64,000 nucleotides of DNA, from positions 1 through 64,000 of the forward strand of contig MU619251.1 in NCBI GenBank assembly GCA_025201805.1, in the 5' to 3' direction. This document shows, one piece after another, positions 27,384-38,942 of the stretch. Source of the DNA: Parasitella parasitica NRRL 2501. Its lineage: Eukaryota; Fungi; Mucoromycota. The translations under genes and the position numbers were made by a program. The stretch's first letter is position 1, and each line of letters starts with the position of its first letter. The notes beneath the pieces are model-generated. The model was not told the origin of the DNA. It worked only from the letters and a program-made list of their open reading frames with translations, and did not search any database.

Positions 27384-27709
27384 TTTTTCAACAAGGTAAT
27401 AGGATGAAAAGGAATGGTATTAGGCGCCTTGATCATTTATATATGTATATATATTTTTTTTTCCCATTTAGATCGCTCTTGGAACAAATCTATGACTAAT
27501 GCTATTCTCAGGTTTGTCCTCCCCCCCCCCCCCCCCTCAAATGTTCAGATGCGGTGAAAAGCATCGTCTTTTGGTAAAGACTCGTAGAAGCATGTCTGTT
27601 GGGGCCCAGTCACGGCTACAACAGCGTTAACGTTTGGCAGGTTTTGAGCTTGGGTCCATCTCTCTCTCTATTTTTTTTTCTTTTTCTTTTTTCTTCTCAA
27701 ATAACAAAG

Positions 27710-28121
27710 ATGTCTCAACCTCAATTCAGCGAAAACGACCAACGCGAACTTGCTCAGGTAAATATTTGAAAGAAATGGAGGGATTCGCCTGATTGCGATG
27801 TTGAGAAGAAATTTGAAATGGCTGACATTGGGCTGTGTAGTTTCTCGAAGCCGAGCAAGCTAAAGCCCGTGTTCAAGAAACTGTCCACAGCATGACAGAC
27901 AACTGTTGGGTATGTGATTGATTTGTACTATGCACAACGGAATAGACAAGAGAGAAAGAGAGAAATGTTGACATGTGGGCTAGGATAAATGCATCTCAAA
28001 GATCAACAACAAAATGGACCGTTCCGAAGAGGCATGTCTGGCCAACTGTGTCGATAGATTCTTGGACACCAGTTTATTCATTGTCAAGCGCTTGGAAGAT
28101 ATGAGGTCAAGTGGCATGTAA
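27710..28121 (+). CDS. TIM8: Mitochondrial small Tim chaperone Tim8 (3 exons)
   Basis: Spliced MSQPQFSENDQRELAQFLEAEQAKARVQETVHSMTDNCWDKC...CLANCVDRFLDTS; twin CX3C. Confidence 0.95.
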
Positions 28122-28210
28122 ATATGGACATTAGACAATAACAGTAGAATAAATTTATACATATTTGCTTCCTTTTTTTTATATATATATATATATATTT
28201 TTTGGGCTAT

Positions 28211-28868
28211 TTAACAAATGAGGGATGCTACACCATGCATTTCCTCTCGAAGTTCATCCCAAATCTCATAAACCTTGTCAACAATCTCCTTGATACTGGC
28301 ATAGACAGAATGTGAGATTAATAATACTTGGGGGTCTTGTCGTTAAATCCTACCTTTCTTTCTCTTGCTTGATAGTCTCGTCAAAATCTTTGTCTGACTC
28401 CTTGGACTGTATTATCAAGATTTGTAAGTTGGCAGTCTTTTCAACATGCAAATGTGTATATAAATCAGTTTCTGTTTTATCATCTAATCGGTTCACGTTG
28501 TTTACCTTTGCCAACCTTTCTTTTTCAACCTTTTGCAATTCTCGAATGCTGCCGCCGATAACTTGGTCAGATTTACTGACCTCTTTCTCTACGTTCTGGA
28601 TTTCTTGCGAAACATCTTGGAAGCCCTCGGTCACGATCTTGCAAACAGAATGGTATTGTTCTGCAGGACATTTGCCACACAAATAGTCTTGGAAAGCGCT
28701 GTCGACCCTCATTAATCGTCCTGATCACGTTCGTCTTGTTGAAAACAAAGCTTACATGTCAAATTCTCGGTATAATTCCATGCGAGTATCTTGCGCTTTT
28801 AACAGTATCTGGAGTTGCTTGGATAAAGCTTCATTCTTGGCTAGAATTTCGTTCTTTGCTTCAACCAT
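28211..28868 (-). CDS. REX1-B-like (C19orf60-type) coiled-coil protein, multi-exon
   Basis: Q..R.ELY.EFD.AF..YL, C..VT.GF...S.EI, IRELQ..EKERL, I..I.DELR pattern. Confidence 0.65.
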
Positions 28869-29199
28869 CTTGTAAAGAAAAAAAGATGGAAAGTGAATCT
28901 TGCCATGCAACTTTTTTTTGTTTGTAAGGGTTTCTTTGAGCGGAGTGCGTGAATTTAAACAAGAGACAACTCGGAAGCTGTTGCTGGGTACGGGATGCAG
29001 AAATAGCAGCATGCCATTTTGGAAAATGCCAATTGAGAGGCGTAATAACAGTTAAAGAGAGAGTGATATAGCCAAGCAATAACGAGCATATATGAGCCTG
29101 AATCTCTGAAAAATTAAATGGTGAGCATAAATGCTAAATCGCATACAAACAACTGCTGTAATACTGTAGTTATGTTTTAAAAGCATATTTTATCTTTGT

Positions 29200-30900
29200 T
29201 TATTTCTCTTTCTCATCTTCTTTTAAATCATATTCAAAAGAGACATCCCATCGAGCACCAGGGGATCTTGCACTCACATACTTTACAAATCTCATTACAT
29301 TCTCGTCTCGCAAAACCAAAGACAGTTCATTGGATCCAGCTGCCATAGTTAGCAAAGCACCATCCTCGTCGTTGAAACGATAAGTGGCAGGGTCGTCATC
29401 ACCCTCATGAGCAGCCATATAACATTCATAACCACCAAATTCGCAAGAATCCCACTTTTCTGCGGCTTCAGCGTTGGGAGTGGTGGCCAAGCAAAGAGTA
29501 GCGTCTAAAACAGGCTGACCACGAAGATTGGTAGTGGCCAATGTGAAATCATGTCCAGGGCGGAAGCGGCGAGCCGTCCCTCTATGCCCTGTAGGAATCA
29601 ACTGCGATAGGACAGCTAACCAGCGACGGAAGGCCTCGCTCTTAAAATAAGAGCGCAACTGATCAAACAAGACAGAAGTATCCTCACCGGGCTGTATCTC
29701 TTCCGCTAATTTGAGGAAACGTTGCGAGACAGGAGATCCTTGAACAGCCCAGCCACCACGAACACCGGTTCCGTGTGGAGGCATAACAGCCTTTGTAAAC
29801 CCATCCATCTCATCACACTTGAATGTGGCAGCCTTGATTTTAGCATAGACTTCTTGATTCAGGATATCTTTTAATTGGACTGCTGACTCATCCAAAAACT
29901 TGTCCGTGATTTGAGCAATGAATTTAGTGTTGAGGTAAACGGGATTCATCCAGGTGGCAAGCTCTGTTAGGTCTTCTTCAGTCAAGCCCAAGGTAGCCTC
30001 ATCATCTAACTCAGACTTGTATTGCTCAAAGCTTTCTTTGTCCTCGACAGCAGCCACCAGTTGCTGAAGAGTAGATAGAGACTCGCTCTTTTCAGCGTCT
30101 TTCTTGTAACCAACTTCGCCCTCCTGAGGAAAGTGAAACCAACCTTGAATACTAAGGCGAGGTTTGCCTTCAACAACAACCTCCTCGACAGAATGGAAAG
30201 AGTAGCCTGGTAAAACCGTGAACATGGCAAACTGGTTCCATTGAGGAGGAACAGAAACGGTTGGTTCGTTGGCAGGAGTGTCAGGCTTGACTACAGGGTA
30301 TAATTCCAAGGCCCCACCGAAGGAGGGATCCCAATATTCATCCGGATCACCCAGCATGTACAATATGAATGAGATGCGGCGAGTGCCAATAACATCATCA
30401 TGGTTCAAAAGATGGCAACCTTCAGTGTAGGTGTTGACACTCATGTCCATCTTGGACTCCGATAACAATCCGCATCCCGTTACCTCCGAGACATATTCTC
30501 TAAACTCTTTAGAATAAATGGCGTTACGAAGTTCAAACAGAGCAGAGAGTTCGTCTCGCTCTTTTTCATCAAGACCGTCCATGTTGGCTAGGTCACCGGT
30601 CTGATTGACTTTGTAAATGTCGGTTTCCTTGGTAGTGAAATTAAGCTTGCTAAAGATTTCCTTATGGACACGGCGCAACAAATCATCATTGATCAATTTA
30701 GAGATTTTGCAATGAGGGTAAGGCTTGGAGGCTTCGACAGATTTGCGCACGGCGTCGCGGGATTCCTGATCAAAGAGACCAGGAGCAAATTTGTCCTTGA
30801 CGGATTCACGCATTGTATTTTGCTTCTTTATACGCTTGACATCTGTACGATCCTCAGCGGCAATGCTGACGGCTCTGATCTCGGCAGTAGAAGGTGACAT
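29200..30900 (-). CDS. TPA1: uS12 prolyl 3,4-dihydroxylase Tpa1/OGFOD1
   Basis: KETDIYK..QTGDL, LLNHDDVIGTRRISFILY, SFHSVEEV, RLSIQGWFH; intronless 566 aa. Confidence 0.96.
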   Translation of the reverse strand: MSPSTAEIRAVSIAAEDRTDVKRIKKQNTMRESVKDKFAPGLFDQESRDAVRKSVEASKPYPHCKISKLINDDLLRRVHKEIFSKLNFTTKETDIYKVNQTGDLANMDGLDEKERDELSALFELRNAIYSKEFREYVSEVTGCGLLSESKMDMSVNTYTEGCHLLNHDDVIGTRRISFILYMLGDPDEYWDPSFGGALELYPVVKPDTPANEPTVSVPPQWNQFAMFTVLPGYSFHSVEEVVVEGKPRLSIQGWFHFPQEGEVGYKKDAEKSESLSTLQQLVAAVEDKESFEQYKSELDDEATLGLTEEDLTELATWMNPVYLNTKFIAQITDKFLDESAVQLKDILNQEVYAKIKAATFKCDEMDGFTKAVMPPHGTGVRGGWAVQGSPVSQRFLKLAEEIQPGEDTSVLFDQLRSYFKSEAFRRWLAVLSQLIPTGHRGTARRFRPGHDFTLATTNLRGQPVLDATLCLATTPNAEAAEKWDSCEFGGYECYMAAHEGDDDPATYRFNDEDGALLTMAAGSNELSLVLRDENVMRFVKYVSARSPGARWDVSFEYDLKEDEKEK

Positions 30901-32280
30901 CTTGCAAATCTAATATGAAATAATAAAAAAGTAGAAGAAAAGATGTTATCCAGGTCAAACAGATTGCTGTTTTCTGCCCTTATAAGAAAAGAAGAAAAAA
31001 ATTATATATCGTATGATTCTTGGAGTTTTGTACATTCTACTGGTGGATCTCAATTGTTTTTCAAATTTGGAACAGGTTCTTCGGTCCATCAAAAATCCTA
31101 ACACCATGTTGCTAATCAAGATATAGAAGTTTGAGTTGATGAGTTCTATGAGTAAAAGCAACAACAGCAAGTCAGGAAAAAATGGCTTTCGCTCCTTGTG
31201 TTACGGTTATGGACTAAATCAATGCAGAATTTCATAGCCTCAATGTCACACAGAGGAGATAACTTGGCTGATAAAATCTACGATACCTATCAAATAGCTA
31301 TTGCTTTCTGAATGTGTTTTTACATCAGTAGTGATTTGCTAGGTATCAGCTTATTGTTTACGGCGGGTTCCTCGAAGAAATAACTGTAATTTTTTTTGAA
31401 TGCGGTAAAATAAACTTTGATTTGAGATTCTCAATTTTAACTCACAAACACCATTTTTAATATATTGCAAGAGACTTTTCCTATTATTTTTTGTCATTTC
31501 TGCAGCGCAATAATAAAATTCGATTAGTATTTTTGTTGAGATGCTGAATAAATTGATTTTACATGTTGGGAAAGGACATTTTGGCTTGCAGGTTGGACAA
31601 TTGTTAAAAGTAATGGCTAGTCAATACAATACACATATGGCGCAAAAGAAGGGTGTCGTGATATTTGAATACAAAAATCATAAATACAAGTCTTTTATAG
31701 AGTACATTGCCACTACCAAAAACATAAATACGACATATCCGTAGAAACAAGCTCAGAGAGACGATGCTTTGGACAAATTTGCATGAAAGACACCTACAAA
31801 ATTCTTGTCATACACACATCAATATCATTCACATTTAATGAACATAAGAATTCTTTTTAAAGCGTTAGATACTGTATTACAACGAGAAATATCCATGTAG
31901 ATAACTGACTAAAGTGCACAAAGGCCGAAGATCAATGGCCTTTTACGGTGCATCAGTCTTTAACGACCCTTGATTTCAAGTTAATATGCTTATTGTGATT
32001 GTTCAATTTTGCCATTTTAGCCATTGGGTCATTACAAGCGAGGCAATGTTGATTGTTAAAAGAAATTTGCATCAACTATATAACTGTATCTGTGTGAAAC
32101 TCGATATTGGATTGTGTGGTTTACAAAACGTTGTGCACATATAATCGCCTAATTTAGAGTTTGAGATTATGCTGCTGCCGCTCGTAATTTTCTCCCCCTT
32201 CTTTCTTTTTATTTTTTATTTTTTATTTTTTATTTTTTATTTTATTTTTTTCTTCCTCTATATATAAATAGGAAAATAAT

Positions 32281-33793
32281 ATGAACTTGTCAAGAACCTC
32301 TCCCAGTTTAAACGATGCACAAGGATTGCTATATGCAGGTTTTAACCAAGATTACGGCTGCTTTGCTATTGGACTTGATAATGGATTTCGAGTTTACAAC
32401 TGTGAGCCTTTAATAGAACAAGCAAGAGACGGTAAATATAACTTACTTTTTTTTTTTTTTTTTTGTTGAAGTTCAGAGTCGTAGCAACTAATAATCAGCG
32501 ACCAAAAGAGTCGGATGAGGGGGGCATTGCATTAGTCGAAATGCTGTACCGCACAAACTATATTGCGCTTGTGGGAGGAGGCAGAAATCCTAGATATCCA
32601 CCAAACAAAGTGATAATATACGACAGCGTCAAAGGAAAGCCAGTGCTTGAACTAGAATACAAAAACGAAGTGAAAAATGTCAAATTGCGAAGAGATAGGT
32701 AAGCATATACTGCTCTGCATGTGAGGGGGGGGGGATTTTTTTTTTTTTTTTCTTTTTCTAATTTGTAGTATACAAGATTAACCGTAATACTGCAAAACAA
32801 AGTGTTTGTATATCACTTTGCTCTACCACCGCAACTTCTACATACATTCGAAACATGTGACAATGAAAAAGGTAATATGCCTGTTCTTGAATTCGATTCT
32901 GATTCAATAGTTGAGCAAAGTGGTGTATAGGTCTAGCTGCTGTTTCAACATCGTTAAACCATGCCATTTTGATCATCCCAAGCCGGCAAAAGGGACATTT
33001 ACAGATTATCGACTTGAATTCGCTTGGTTATTACATATCCGTGGGGGGAGAGTCCGATCCCTTATTCACAGCACCACCACAAAACGGTAGCCCCAATGGC
33101 AATACAAGACGATCCATCAATGTCAGTATCATAGCAGCCCATTCAGGCAGGCTGAGCTGCATATCGTTGAATCAGGATGGGTCGAGATGTGCGACTACGA
33201 GTGACAAGGGAACACTGATTCGCGTCTTCAATACGGCAACTGGGACACTACTGCATGAATTGCGACGTGGCGTGGACAGGGCAGAAATATACTCGATTGC
33301 ATTCAACACAGAATCCACCCGAATCTGCGTCTCATCCGATAAAGGCACCATACACATATTCAATCTAGATCCGTCTGTCGTTACGCATGTTGATCATAAA
33401 CCTCGTGGCCCAACGTACGGAGAAGTCATGGTGTATCCTACCGAGTCACCCGCAAACTACGGACTCACAACCTCTGGAAACAGAGGCAGTGCGCTCAGCT
33501 TCATGAAGGATCTGCTGCCAAAGTATTTCAGTTCGGAATGGAGCTTTGCTAATGCCAAGATTGCAACTGAAAGTCGGTGTCTGGTGGCATTTGGAAATCA
33601 AAAAAACACGTTTACAGGTATATAAAAAAAAAAGGGTGGCTCGTGCTGGCATGCTTAGGGAAAATGTGTGCTAATGATGTCTATTCCAATAGCAATTTGT
33701 GCTGATGGCAGCTGCTACAAGTTCTACTTTGATCCAAGAAAAGGTGGTGAATGTACGAGGGAATCTTTTGTGCGATTCTTGAAGAGGGAATAA
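32281..33793 (+). CDS. HSV2: PROPPIN WD-repeat protein Hsv2/WDR45 (multi-exon)
   Basis: [55 protein letters not shown]. Confidence 0.9.
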
Positions 33794-33978
33794 TGGCAGC
33801 TACGCATTGAAACTTTATTGCATGCGCCCGACCACGGAACATTTTTTTTTTTTCCCCCCAAATACCTTTACAGAGTATATACAGTCGTTCCAACGCCAAA
33901 GGGCGGTTTTTTAAAAAAAAAAGTGCGGCTAATAAAATTTCCCAAAGAGCGCTTTTAATTTTTCCAAAAGGCGGTTTT

Positions 33979-34203
33979 CCCCTCTTCCATCATCAGTGCT
34001 ATCCGCCTCGACGTCCAAAAAACGATCGATGAGGATCAAGTGCGCAATATCTTATAAATCAATTTAGATTGCTACAAACTTTTAGTTTTAGTTCTCACCC
34101 TTCAATTCGTCAAAAATCTTAAAAGCTAATTGCGCCCGCCGCTTGGTTACAATCCTTGGATTGTGATTTACGCGGAGCAAGTAATAAAAACCTTCAAAAA
34201 AAA
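33979..34203 (+). mobile_element. 225-bp LINE 3' fragment nested in the left arm of the TIR element
   Basis: Encodes ..IISAIRLDVQKTIDEDQVRNIL*, matching the end of the 16-kb LINE ORF; poly-A; 13-bp TSD AAAAGGCGGTTTT at 33966-33978 and 34204-34216. Confidence 0.88.
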
Positions 34204-34376
34204 AAAAGGCGGTTTTGATTCATCCAATGGGCGGCATAATTTTTCCCAAAGAGCGGTTTTTATTTAAATCTCAGGCTATCATGTCCATTTTTTTTTTTAA
34301 AACTTAGGCTATTGTGGCCTCTATCTTGTCCATTTTTTTTTCTAAAGCTCAGGCTGTCTTGGTATCCTTATCAACA

Positions 34377-34601
34377 ATGACTACTATCAGTAGAGAGCGT
34401 GCAGTATGCATGTTCTACCATCAAGATTATGACAAGACTGAAGCCATTGAACTACTCAATGCTATTGAAAAGCTAGATGTTGAAATTTGCTATAAAGATG
34501 ATCCCTGTAAACCGATTTTGTGCTCAATCAGAAGTCTAGTTCATGATCCTGAATGTCATCAGTATCCTGCTTTACTACAAAAAAAACAAAAAAAGATATA
34601 G
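34377..34601 (+). CDS. 74-aa ORF sharing its first ~46 codons with the element's main gene
   Basis: MTTISRERAVCMFYHQDYDKTEAIELLNAIEKLDVEICYKDDPCKP, then a divergent tail. Confidence 0.45.
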   Translation: MTTISRERAVCMFYHQDYDKTEAIELLNAIEKLDVEICYKDDPCKPILCSIRSLVHDPECHQYPALLQKKQKKI

Positions 34602-34732
34602 CAAATAGAAACAAGCTCCCAATTAAATAACGGCTTCTTTGCAACAAAGCCATGCTAGGGCTTTAATCTCGATTTTTTTTTGAAATAAAATAAAATCGCT
34701 TAACTTCATTTATTTATACTTTGTGATAAAGA

Positions 34733-36048
34733 TTATTTAGATCTCTGTAGAGCCTGTTTTCTGCAATCAAAAACTTTAATCTTGTCAGAATCGTTTAAAA
34801 GTTCCTGTGTATCATAGATATGACTAGCGTCACAGCTGGCTAATTTGTCGATGATTAATTTCTTGATATTTGGATTGTTCCTATTATTATAGATCGTGAG
34901 GAGCCGCTTCAATTCTTTTCTAAAAAAAAGGATTTACTTTAAGAACACTTTCAAATCTTCACAATTTGTCGTTAGTCCCGCAAAATCAGTTGCCACAATG
35001 CAGACTCTCTCCATTGAAGAAATATACACCAGCATGTCTAATGAATAAACTGAAATTTAGTTATGATCATGATGACATAACATTTCCTTTCTCACCCTGC
35101 ATATCACCATCCGCATGTATCTGTGGCAATATATGTTCTTGCTTGTTTAAGTCCCTTTCCAATAACGATTCATTTGCATTACAGTAAACAGAGGTGAAAA
35201 CCTTGCTAACCAAGGACCTGTTCTTCAAGTTTTTGCACATTAGATTCAACAAACGAATGCGTGAGTCATCATCTTTTCCGCATGTAGACTTTCTCGCATA
35301 CCCTATCACATGATAACCTTCATCTTTTAAGCTCTGAATAAATCTTTGATAGCGCGGTAAATGGCTCACAATGTCTTCTATTACATTGTCTAAACGCTAG
35401 GTTAATTATGATCCAATAAAATTATGAACGGTTACTGTATGTCTTACCGATATACTCATCCTTTAAAACATAGAGTGAGCGTACTGAAACTTTCTGTCGT
35501 AGATCATTGGATTTTCTCTTTATTCCACTTTCAGTCAAATACAATTTTCTTGAGTTACACCATTTGCCAAAACCATAAGCAGTTTTTTCACTGAAAATAT
35601 CCGCGTATTTCCAAACAACGCTTAGAATATCATTCATGCTTAAGCTTTTGCAAGCATAAGCTTCTTCATTGTTTGGGTTTACTGGTAAAAATGCAGTGTT
35701 CAGGAATTTTATAAGTTGAGATTGACTGACTAAACAAAAAGTTTATCTATGAATAATCGAAATACAAAGCATTTTCTTTTTTGATAAAACTTTACCAATT
35801 TTTTTCGTTTCAACTTCAATTTGATTGTTTTTTTCAGGAGCTTCAGTTGTCTTTTGATAAGTAAGATAGTTATACGGATCTGCTTTTATGGAATTTGTAT
35901 ATAGCAGAAATGGTTTACAGGGATCATCTTTATAGCAAATTTCAACATCTAGCTTTTCAATAGCATTGAGTAGTTCAATGGCTTTAGTCTTGTCATAATC
36001 TTGATGGTAGAACATGCATACTGCACGCTCTCTACTGATAGTAGTCAT
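34733..36048 (-). CDS. ~358-aa protein with a C-terminal resolvase/serine-recombinase-like domain; exons 36048-35796, 35729-35448, 35389-35096, 35037-34938, 34880-34733
   Basis: Four GT-AG introns of 57-66 nt give an open 1077-nt CDS; VIGYARKS...VFTS...ERD...CIVATDFAGLTT...KKLIID. Confidence 0.8.
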
Positions 36049-36082
36049 TGTTGATAAGGATACCAAGACAGCCTGAGCTTTA

Positions 36083-36412
36083 GACAAGATAGAGGACACG
36101 ATAGCCTAAATTTTTAAAAAAAATGGACAAGATAGAGGACACGATAGCCTGAGCTTCAAAAAAAATGGACAAGATAGAGGACACGATAGCCTGAGCTTTA
36201 AAAAAATAGACAAGATAGAGGACACGATAGCCTAAATTTTTAAAAGAAATGGACATGATAGAGGACACGATAGCCTGAGATTTAAAAAAATGGACAAGAA
36301 AGAGGACACGATAGCCTGAGCTTTAAAAAAATGGACAAGATAGAGGACACGATAGCCTGAGCTTTAAAAAAATAGACAAGATAGAGGACACGATAGCCTG
36401 AGATTTAAAAAA
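36083..36412. repeat. Subterminal tandem array, 8 x ~41-43 bp
   Basis: Unit GACAAGATAGAGGACACGATAGCCTGAGCTTTAAAAAAATG. Confidence 0.95.
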
Positions 36413-37145
36413 TATTGACCTTTAGAATAAAAAAAAACCACCCTTTGAAAAAATAAAAACCGCTCTTTGGGAAAAATTATACCGCCCATTGGATGAATCA
36501 AAACCGCCCTTTGGCGTTGGAACGATTGTAATAAACTTGGACTGCATAAAAGGCATCCACTTGGTACCGTATCGTATCGAAAACAGTGCAATCACTACCA
36601 CGTGTATAATTGTATGTTATTAATTAAGGATTCTGTAACTTGACTAATACACAAATTCTATACTTGTTCCTGGTTTTTTAATAGAGGATGTAGAGGGTGG
36701 GCAAAAACTTGAACTTACACTGTAAAAAAAAAAAAAAAAAAATTGCAGAATGCAAAGGCCAATGATCTTGGAAATGACGAGGTTAGAAATAAAAGCTAAT
36801 ATGAATCTGTCAAGTTAAAAAGAAAATCTTTTAGATGCCATAAAGAGAAAGAGAAATGACTAGGGGGGGGGGTTTATCAAGTTGACGTTAGGGAAGCACG
36901 GAAATTAATGATTAAAATTTAGATTGGATGTAGATGAGGCTTTGGACGTACAAGTTAGTTGGCAATTCATCTTCCAAACCGGAGAAGAAACAAGTAGAAC
37001 GATGTATCAGCAAAGTATACATGCAAAACATTTGCTCAGAGCAAATTTTACCAGCCGCACTGTATAACAAAATAAAAAAAACAAAACTTCTGTATAATTT
37101 CGCTCTTTCTCCATCTTTTACATTATAATTATTCCACACAAGAAA

Positions 37146-38758
37146 ATGGATGTTAGTGACTCATGAAATCTTTTCCTTTAAAAACAAAATTTCGTTTATT
37201 TACTGTTATTGAAAATAGTACGATTACCAACATGCCATCAACGATTCTGATTTTGTAACGTAAGGATGAAAATCTTTTTTTTTTTTTTTTAGATAGGAAC
37301 TGTCGCTCACCTTTTCATCCACAGAGAAACATTAGATGACCAAGTGCTGTCGGATAAACCTCGCATCCTGCTTATGGGATTACAAAGGTATCTTATTATT
37401 TTGAAACTAGCAATCATAACATGCATACATTGACATTGAAGATTAGGAGTGGGAAATCCAGCATTCAGCGTGTAGTATTCGGGAAAATGCCTCCCAACGA
37501 CACTTTATATCTTGAAAGCACAACAAAGATTCAAAAAGAAGACATTACGTAAATATAGCAATTCGGACAAACAGCCCAAAAACGCATTACTGAGCTTTCA
37601 TCATATTAGCCGATCATTTATCGATTTTCAAATCTGGGATTTCCCTGGTCAAGTAGACTTTTTTGATGAGATGGCATATGATCCACAAGATATCTTTGGA
37701 ACTGTTGGTGCATTGATATTTGTAATCGATGCTCAGGATGACTACAATGACGCTTTGCACAAATTATTCACTACTGTTACAAGTGCGTACAGAGTAAACC
37801 CTAATATTACATTTGAAGTCTTGATTCACAAGGTGGATGGTTTATCTGATGACTATAAAATTGGTACGTTTTTTAAGAGAAAGTCTGTCGTAAACAGCCA
37901 TGTGGATATTAACCTCAAGTCTGATGACAGACACTCAACGTGATGTGCAGCAAAGAATGAGCGACGCTTTAGCCGACGCTCAATTGGAATACATTCACTT
38001 GACGTATTTCCTTACAAGCATCTACGATAACTCGATCTATGAAGCATTCAGTAAAATTATCCAAAAACTAATTCGAGAATTACCTACGTTAGAAAATTTG
38101 CTCAATGTATTGTGCTCGGTAAGTAGCTTTATTCACCGTTTTCGGCCAAATTCACAAAATAATAACAATCTATTTTATAGAACTCGGGTATTGATAAAGC
38201 GTATCTTTTTGATACATTAACAAAGATATATATTGCTACTGACAGCTCGCCTGTGGACATGCAATCTTACGAGCTGTGCTCTGATATGATTGATGTTTGC
38301 ATTGATGTCGAGTGTATTTACGGGTATGTGCACAAATTAGGGGACGATGGCACGTCTAACAGTCTAGTAGTGCTCAAGGAAGTAGCCCGCATAATCTCTC
38401 AATGCTAGATACGCCTGGGCGCAATAGCAACGTGCTAGATGGTCAGCAAACGCCCGTTTCCCTCGAAGACACACCAGATCCGGACGACGAAAGCCTCGAG
38501 CAAGGATTAGTACAGCATCAACAGCAGCAACCTCAAAGCTCAGAAACCGAAGCTTCCAGTCTAATCAAACTAGACAATGGAGATGTCTTGTATATGAGAG
38601 AAGTAAACAGACTGTTGGTCTTGATATGTCTTTTACGCCAAGATAACTTTGAAAAGCATGGATTGATTGATTACAACTTCCAATGCTTTAAAGAGGCAAT
38701 TACTGAAGTCTTTGAATTCTCAAGGAAACGGAGCACACAGCAGCAGCAACAAGATTAG
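37146..38758 (+). CDS. GTR2: Rag GTPase Gtr2/RagC-D (multi-exon)
   Basis: [51 protein letters not shown]. Confidence 0.96.
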
Positions 38759-38942
38759 TCTTTTTTTCAAGCCAAATAGTAATTAAAATGCTTTATTGAT
38801 ATGGTTTATACAGAATTCGGTGGAAGAGAATCTCTAAAAGCGAGGCTTGAGTACAGTATTGCTGTAGCATTGGAATGTTGTGTATTTATTGAAGAAAAAC
38901 AAGTGTAATATGTTGATAATAAGTGAGATGGATAATAGATAT

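Larger units (their letters stand above)
33882..36528. mobile_element. TA-flanked TIR element encoding a serine-recombinase-like protein
   Basis: Termini CAGTCGTTCCAACGCCAAAGGGCGGTTTT and AAAACCGCCCTTTGGCGTTGGAACGATTG (1 mismatch in 29); TA at 33880-81 and 36529-30; long internal inverted arms. Confidence 0.9.

Noticed and set aside
31915-31952. Small intergenic hairpin AAAGGCC...GGCCTTT
   Set aside because: Short, single copy, no ncRNA or terminus hallmarks
36083-36412. CRISPR-like appearance of the regular ~41-bp array
   Set aside because: No unique spacers, no cas genes, eukaryotic context; it is a tandem repeat
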